The notes beneath the pieces are model-generated. The model saw only the letters and a list, made by a program, of their open reading frames with translations. It ran no database searches and was not told the DNA's origin. This document shows positions 58,120-64,000 of a DNA stretch of 64,000 bases, piece after piece; within the stretch, counting starts at the first letter, position 1, and every line of letters begins with the position of its first letter. The stretch comes from an uncultured archaeon (GTDB taxonomy: Archaea; Asgardarchaeota; Heimdallarchaeia; Heimdallarchaeales; Kariarchaeaceae): the NCBI GenBank assembly GCA_964645535.1, contig CAZYCQ010000006.1, positions 37,583 to 101,582 of the forward strand, read 5' to 3'. The translations under genes and the position numbers were made by a program.

Positions 58120-58284
58120 GGCTTTTAAATCATTATGGCAGTGGCGTGGTTAAGCAAGTATTTCCATTGCATTCCCTTGTTGTCCATTATAGAGTGGAGA
58201 GAGAAATGAACAACCGTTGCAATTTAGCAACATAACATTCAGGTATTACCCAATTCCATAAAAGAAATCTGGAAAGTAGATAAC

Positions 58285-58581
58285 ATGTCAGGAATACATA
58301 CACCATCACCAAGGTTTTTCTTTTCTTCTTGGAAGGCGGAGGGATTCAAGGAAGGAACAGAAATTTTCGAGGAAACGACCTTCAGGGTAGTTTGCCAAGG
58401 AATGAACAATGAATGCAAACTCTCCTTTGATACCAAGAAAGAGAGATACATCTGTGAAGGAGCCTGTCGACGAAATACGTTCTGTACTGAACTGAAGATT
58501 TTGAAGGATGTAGCGATCAGAAAGGAAGGGAGAACAGATAACCCCAATACTGGATGCCATTTTCTCTTCAGGAAATTTTAG
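58285..58581 (+). CDS. Small Cys-rich hypothetical protein (possible zinc finger)
   Basis: Six Cys, including CEGAC.....C. Confidence 0.45.
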   Translation: MSGIHTPSPRFFFSSWKAEGFKEGTEIFEETTFRVVCQGMNNECKLSFDTKKERYICEGACRRNTFCTELKILKDVAIRKEGRTDNPNTGCHFLFRKF

Positions 58582-58644
58582 GAACAAAGAATTGACAAAG
58601 TCCATAAGTTATTTAACCCATTCAAGTACGAGTTGCCTTGAGTA

Positions 58645-60426
58645 ATGAATTTGGACATGAATGATGAAATCCAAAAAGCAATTTATATTGAACTTCTTTT
58701 GAATGCCAAGGATTTTGGAGGATCCCCCAATTCCAAAGCCGTTTTAGGAAAGGTCATGGGAAGGTTTCCAGAGGCCAGAAAAGAAGCGGTCAAGTATAAG
58801 GAATTGATTGAACAGATAATTTCGGAGGAATTTCCGAAATCCACAGAAGAAATACTTTTGAAACTTGAAGAGCTTGATCCAGAAGCTCTAAAGAAAAAGG
58901 AACAGTCTAAAAAAGAGAAAAAGGAAAAAACAGAGCAGAGGAAGAGAGAGCTTACCGAATTGCCCAATGTAATACCAGGTAAGCTTGTCGTCAGGTATGC
59001 CCCAGATCCAAGCAAATACCCTCATTTAGGGCATGCCCTGAATTACCGGATCAATCGGATGTATGTTGAAAAATATGGTGGTCGAGCGAATCTAAGGTTT
59101 GATGACACAAACCCAACGAAAGTTCGACCGGAGTACTATGAAGCCATCAAAGAGGGGTTGAGATGGGCAAATGCGCCATGGGATGATGAGTTCAAGGCTT
59201 CAGATTTTATGGAAGAGTTCTATATTGCAGCACGCAAACTCATTCGAAATGATCTTTTTTACATTTGCAATTGTGAGCCAGCGGTCATGAAAAAGAATAG
59301 AGAGGAAGGGATTGAGTGTGAATGCAGAAATAAGACTGTTGATCAAAATCTTGAAGAATTTGAACAAATGGTTGCAGGAGATGTAAAGGAGAATGCAGCA
59401 GTTGTACGGTTGAAGGGGGACATGAAATCCAAAAACAGTGTGATGCGAGATCCGGTGATGTTCAGAATCCTTCATGAGAAACATCCCCTTCATGACAGGT
59501 ATTACTACTTATGGCCATTATATGATTTTGAAAGTTCATACATGGATTACAAGCTAGGAACAACCCATATTATCAGAAGCAGTGAATTCGGCACCATGAG
59601 ACAGGAACTTCAATCCCTGTTGATTGAGGCATTTGGAGGACAGAAGCCAACCTTCTTTTCCTATGGAAGGTACAATATCGTTGGCTGTCCTACAAAAGGG
59701 AGAGTTATTCGAGAACTTGTTGAGAATAAGGTAGTCTCTGGATGGGATGACATCAGGTTGGTGACAATTGAAGGTCTCAAGAAACGTGGCATCCAGCCAG
59801 AAGTGATTACTGACCTGATTCGAGAAAAAGGAACTACCCCAAAAAGTACAACTATTGCATGGAGTGACATTGTCAAGTTCAATAGAATTCATTTGACACC
59901 AAAATCCAGACATTTCTTTGCGGTAAGGAAACCATTTGCGATTTATGTCAAAGATGCCCCGAAAAGAGAGGTGGAATTGGTCAATAATCCGGACAATCCA
60001 GATTTGGGGACTAGAACTCTGCATACGAAGGATTCGTTTTATTTAGACAACAATGACCAAGAGCTGTTCAAAGAAGGAAGATTGATTCGTCTGAAGGATC
60101 TCTACAACATAGAGGTTCTGAAATTCAATGAAAAAAGCGGGATCTGGATCTGTACCTATGCTGAAAATCAGGAATTGGACAAAAAAATGCCAAAAATCCA
60201 ATGGGTTCCTACACATAGTTCAAAAGATGCCGAACTGCAAATACCCGAACTTCTTGAACCGAAACCAGGAAAGATAAATCGTAAGTCGATGAAAAAAATC
60301 CGTCTGAAAGTGGAACATAACATCCAAAGCATCAATGAAGGTGAAATTGTTCATTTTGAACGTATCGGGTATGCAAAATTGTTCCGTAAGGAAAACAAGA
60401 TCTACGGTCATTTAGTCCATGATTGA
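58645..60426 (+). CDS. gltX: Glutamyl-tRNA synthetase
   Basis: RYAPDPS..PHLGH, RFDDTNP, RDPVMFR, WPLYDF, GWDD.RL.TI, FERIGY. Confidence 0.95.
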   Translation: MNLDMNDEIQKAIYIELLLNAKDFGGSPNSKAVLGKVMGRFPEARKEAVKYKELIEQIISEEFPKSTEEILLKLEELDPEALKKKEQSKKEKKEKTEQRKRELTELPNVIPGKLVVRYAPDPSKYPHLGHALNYRINRMYVEKYGGRANLRFDDTNPTKVRPEYYEAIKEGLRWANAPWDDEFKASDFMEEFYIAARKLIRNDLFYICNCEPAVMKKNREEGIECECRNKTVDQNLEEFEQMVAGDVKENAAVVRLKGDMKSKNSVMRDPVMFRILHEKHPLHDRYYYLWPLYDFESSYMDYKLGTTHIIRSSEFGTMRQELQSLLIEAFGGQKPTFFSYGRYNIVGCPTKGRVIRELVENKVVSGWDDIRLVTIEGLKKRGIQPEVITDLIREKGTTPKSTTIAWSDIVKFNRIHLTPKSRHFFAVRKPFAIYVKDAPKREVELVNNPDNPDLGTRTLHTKDSFYLDNNDQELFKEGRLIRLKDLYNIEVLKFNEKSGIWICTYAENQELDKKMPKIQWVPTHSSKDAELQIPELLEPKPGKINRKSMKKIRLKVEHNIQSINEGEIVHFERIGYAKLFRKENKIYGHLVHD

Positions 60427-60534
60427 TCGAATTTCAATTTCGGGGATCATCATGTGCCTCTACCCAATTTAATATCGATTGATTTAAAGCAGATAAATAC
60501 CAAATTTCATTAAGTCATAATAAAAGGGACGCCT

Positions 60535-61065
60535 ATGTCACAGAATTATTCATATACTTTCAAGATTCTTCTGTTAGGAGATGGGGCAGTTGGTAAAACT
60601 GCGCTTGTGCAAAGATTTGTTCATGGAAAATTCCAGAAGGCATACTTGATGACAATTGGGATGGAACCCTACAGCCGATATGAGACTATTGATGACACAA
60701 AGGTCTGCTTCAGTCTTTGGGACATTGCCGGACAGGATCGGTTCAAGGCAATGCGTGGAATGTTCTTTCGGGGAGCAATGGGTGCATTGGTAACGTTTGA
60801 TCTGACTAGAAGACAGACGTTTGACAATGTAGGCAATTGGATCAAGGAAGCCAAAAGTGAATCTCCAAATTCACTGTTCATTCTGGTAGGGAACAAAAAT
60901 GACCTGGAAGATCTCAGAGAGGTCTCACAAGAAGAAGGAATTGCCAAAGCAAAAGAGCTTAACTGCATCGATTACATCGAGACATCCGCATTGACGGGAG
61001 AAAACGTTGAGGAAGCATTCTATAAGATTGGAAAGACACTTCTAGAAAAGAAGAAGCAAGCATAG
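60535..61065 (+). CDS. Rab-like small GTPase
   Basis: GDGAVGKT, TIG, WDIAGQDRF, FFRGA, NKND, ETSAL. Confidence 0.93.
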   Translation: MSQNYSYTFKILLLGDGAVGKTALVQRFVHGKFQKAYLMTIGMEPYSRYETIDDTKVCFSLWDIAGQDRFKAMRGMFFRGAMGALVTFDLTRRQTFDNVGNWIKEAKSESPNSLFILVGNKNDLEDLREVSQEEGIAKAKELNCIDYIETSALTGENVEEAFYKIGKTLLEKKKQA

Positions 61066-61130
61066 GAAATCAAGCGTAGTGTAACATAAATATAAATAAA
61101 TTTTCACGACACACATGATTTGATTATTGG

Positions 61131-64000
61131 ATGCCTTCAGACTATGTCTCAATTTTAAGAAACCGTGAACTGCTTAAAACTTGGATCGATCTGGTTAACA
61201 CCAGTAAAGAACCCATTCCTGAAGAGAAAATTGAAAGCTTGGAAGGTAACAAGGATATTTTCGTCACATCAAAGGCGTTAATACCAAAAGATGGGAAATA
61301 TTTCCCACCAAGGTTGGAATTGATTTTTCAAGGGTTCATAGAGGAATTGTTGCATCTTACCCTTAATGATCTTGAACAGGACAAACTGTTGCATAAAATT
61401 GCCAAAACAATTCGGGCATTCCAAGTTTTGCTTGATAAGGTTGGGAGGGATTATGAGAATACTTACAGAAGCCAATTTGGCAAATACAGGATTTTAATGG
61501 ACAAGATAAGGGAACTCACCAAGGAAAAAATCCGGGACCAGACGATTGATATACAAAGCTCGCAAAACCTTATAGACAAATTTGAAGGGACAAGGCAGAC
61601 AATCAATCATGATGTTTTGGAAATTTTGCAAAAAACGAAGGCAACCACAGAAATTGGAAGTCGAGAAATAGATACGTTGCTTGAGCAGTTAACAATTGAG
61701 ATAGATCCAATATTGAAGGGAACATCCAATTTTGGAGAAAAAGGCCATCTGGAGGTAATCCAAGAGGTTCTGGATTACATCACAAAGCAACATAACCAAT
61801 TCAAGGAAAAATTTCACTCATTCAAAGCACGAACATCAACAGGGATTGAATTGATCAAGATTGAAATAAACAAGCTCAATCGATCCCAAACCGAATTCGT
61901 CAATTCTCTTGATGATCTGCTGTCAAGATTGGTTTTTAACTCATTGGAGCAAATTGCCCAACAGACAGAGCAGATTGTAGATCACATTTTCATAGATATG
62001 CGGAAAACATTAGATGAGATACGGAAGGAATTGCAAAAAATCAGTGAAATCACGGAACAAGAATCTGTTGAAGGTATTGAAAACCTCGTTAGTTCCGTAT
62101 TTGACATGAATGTTGAGATTCTCAAGAACCAAGCGGAAGCCTTGGAAGCCCTGAAGGAAAGTAGTGCATCAATCAAGGACAATCAGGTTGCAAATCTCAA
62201 TTCAATGGAAGAAAATCTTTCCAATGCCGTTAAGCAAACTACGGCAGATCTACGTGACAATATTGAGAGACTAAAACTCGCAAAAGAAGTAACGAAAGAG
62301 AGCATCTCGGACATTATCCAAATGATGCTTCAAGTCGAAAGGAATCTTTTGGATACATTCAGGAGCAATGTCGAATTAATTGGGGATCTTTCTGTCAACA
62401 GCATCCAAGAATCAATCTTAGTGGCCAATGAAATTGAGAATGAATTTTCGGACAAACTGACCAATCTTGAGCTTGCTCTTCTAAGGAATGAAGGAAATCA
62501 GGATGTATTGGACGGTATTTTTTCATTAGCGATCAATACCCTCAACAAATTCACTGAAGAGATTCAAGATCAGTTCAAGCTGTCACCGAAAAACGAGGAA
62601 TATCATTCAGAAGAACAAATCAAAGACAGAATCAAGGCGATGAAGGAAAACCTGATAATGAATTTCACGCAAGAGGCAGTCGATCTTGGAAAACAAGGGG
62701 CATCCCTTCGAGAAAAAGAAATTACTGAGACCACAGAAAAGTTGAAAGAAGAGATGGCAAACCGCTTGGCATCCTACAAGCAAAATGGAAAGACAGCTCT
62801 TAATAGAATTGTCGAGTTCAAGACACAGTTCGAGAGATTGGCGATAGACACATATGAGAATTTGGATGAGGCAAAAGTTGCGTTTGAAAAGGAAACTATG
62901 GAAGAAATAGATGCAGGATTCGAACAAATTCTGTCATCTTTGAATTCTCTTCATGGTGGGTTAGACATCTTTTGGTCAAATAAAATCCCGAATGTTTTTC
63001 AAACAACCAAGCAGCGAACGGAAAATATTGAAAGGCTTTTCATTGAAGTTCTTGACAAGGCAACAGCCCTGGCAAACAAAAACATCAAGAAGCTTGAAGA
63101 AAACCGAGAAAACGTTGGCCTCATACTTACAGGACAATTCAGTGCATTAAAGGAAACACTGATCTCGAGTCTGAATGAGCAGTTCAGTTCGTTGAACAAT
63201 AGGATCTTACAACTCATTGAAGGCCACAGACAATCAATCAAGAGAAAAATAGATGAATCAAGCGGTGAAGTATTTGAACATCTTTCAAAGGAATTGGACA
63301 AGCCCCTGAAAAATTTCATTGCTTTAAGAGAACAGATCATCTCGTCTGTTGATCGACTTGAAGAATTACGGTTGAAGGAGATAGAAGCCTTAACATTTGA
63401 TGTGATATCCTCTATCGGCAAAATTGCGGCAGACTTCCAGAAAACCCTAGATGCGGAACATCAAAAGGCACTTTCTTTGGAAGGGAATAATCGGAGAGAG
63501 GCGGCCCTTGTTCTAGAAAGGTTGAAGAGAAAGGTCAAACCTTTGATTTCCGATATTTATGTCCAAATTGAGGTTGAACTTTACACCCTTCTTTCCACTG
63601 CTGAAACAGACTTAGAAGCATTGAAAGAATTGGCATTGAACATGCTTGATGTGCTGAATAAAACAGGAATGGTGATTGACAACGCATTTGTTAAGCTCCT
63701 AACCGAATTAAATCTCTTTCAAAAGAATTTGCAACCTTCAACTATGATTCAAGCAATTGTCAAAGGTTCAATCAAACTGATGGACAAATTGAAGGAACAT
63801 GAAAAAGAGGCAGGTCTCAGTGTGGTTGATGTTGTTTTGCTTGAACTGTTGGGCAATCTAGTGGAAAGAACAGGTAAGCCCCCAGAAATTGATCTCAAAC
63901 GATTTGAAGAGAAGGTCAATCTTGATTTTGAATTGAATCAGGAAAAGTACCAGATCGATCCCAAACCGAATTCGTCAATTCTCTTGATGATCTGCTGTCA
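61131..64000 (+). CDS. Very long coiled-coil protein, partial (runs off window end)
   Basis: Not in ORF track. ATG 61131 (MPSDYVSILRNRELL...); frame open where spot-checked; E/K/L/I-rich helical sequence. Confidence 0.75.
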   Translation, partial: MPSDYVSILRNRELLKTWIDLVNTSKEPIPEEKIESLEGNKDIFVTSKALIPKDGKYFPPRLELIFQGFIEELLHLTLNDLEQDKLLHKIAKTIRAFQVLLDKVGRDYENTYRSQFGKYRILMDKIRELTKEKIRDQTIDIQSSQNLIDKFEGTRQTINHDVLEILQKTKATTEIGSREIDTLLEQLTIEIDPILKGTSNFGEKGHLEVIQEVLDYITKQHNQFKEKFHSFKARTSTGIELIKIEINKLNRSQTEFVNSLDDLLSRLVFNSLEQIAQQTEQIVDHIFIDMRKTLDEIRKELQKISEITEQESVEGIENLVSSVFDMNVEILKNQAEALEALKESSASIKDNQVANLNSMEENLSNAVKQTTADLRDNIERLKLAKEVTKESISDIIQMMLQVERNLLDTFRSNVELIGDLSVNSIQESILVANEIENEFSDKLTNLELALLRNEGNQDVLDGIFSLAINTLNKFTEEIQDQFKLSPKNEEYHSEEQIKDRIKAMKENLIMNFTQEAVDLGKQGASLREKEITETTEKLKEEMANRLASYKQNGKTALNRIVEFKTQFERLAIDTYENLDEAKVAFEKETMEEIDAGFEQILSSLNSLHGGLDIFWSNKIPNVFQTTKQRTENIERLFIEVLDKATALANKNIKKLEENRENVGLILTGQFSALKETLISSLNEQFSSLNNRILQLIEGHRQSIKRKIDESSGEVFEHLSKELDKPLKNFIALREQIISSVDRLEELRLKEIEALTFDVISSIGKIAADFQKTLDAEHQKALSLEGNNRREAALVLERLKRKVKPLISDIYVQIEVELYTLLSTAETDLEALKELALNMLDVLNKTGMVIDNAFVKLLTELNLFQKNLQPSTMIQAIVKGSIKLMDKLKEHEKEAGLSVVDVVLLELLGNLVERTGKPPEIDLKRFEEKVNLDFELNQEKYQIDPKPNSSILLMICC
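63954..64000 (+). repeat. Exact copy (47 bp or more) of 61879-61925
   Basis: ATCGATCCCAAACCGAATTCGTCAATTCTCTTGATGATCTGCTGTCA at both sites, 2075 bp apart. Confidence 0.9.

Noticed and set aside
59680-59710. GluRS KMSKS loop reading PTKGR as inactivation
   Set aside because: This loop is variable in archaeal GluRS and all other motifs are intact
134-63421. Numerous overlapping or antisense ORFs in the track (e.g. 14285..14971, 15603..16121, 3488..4054, 62999..63421)
   Set aside because: They shadow well-supported genes and show no motifs

Overview
A 64-kb archaeal chromosomal window, very probably from an Asgard archaeon of the Heimdallarchaeia type. This is inferred from two Rab-like GTPases, two longin-domain membrane proteins, a gelsolin-domain protein, a short histone, an EF-2 with the HTG motif of the aEF-2p paralog, and a heme-copper oxidase. 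Most of the window is housekeeping or metabolic: three phosphohexomutases, a nucleotide-sugar dehydrogenase, MoeA, IorA, Nnr, GluRS, L40e, ABC transporters, CrcB/DUF190 and MoxR/DUF58. The most unusual locus is at about 9.6-10.8 kb. It holds a cas-less degenerate CRISPR-like mini-array with a duplicated spacer and an embedded hairpin that shares an exact 13-mer with the region upstream of the neighbouring intron-containing tRNA-Lys. It also sits at an abrupt GC-skew inversion, independent of gene orientation, that looks like a replication origin. Other notable candidates are a 7TM-longin protein with a DRF motif, a longin/Yip1-like fusion, a CCDC47-like protein and several apparent pseudoenzymes. 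Four genes missing from the ORF track were added: a FlaI-like ATPase, L40e, the histone and a long coiled-coil protein. The last 47 bp duplicate an internal segment and may be an assembly artefact. All family calls come from motif recognition by eye, not database searches.
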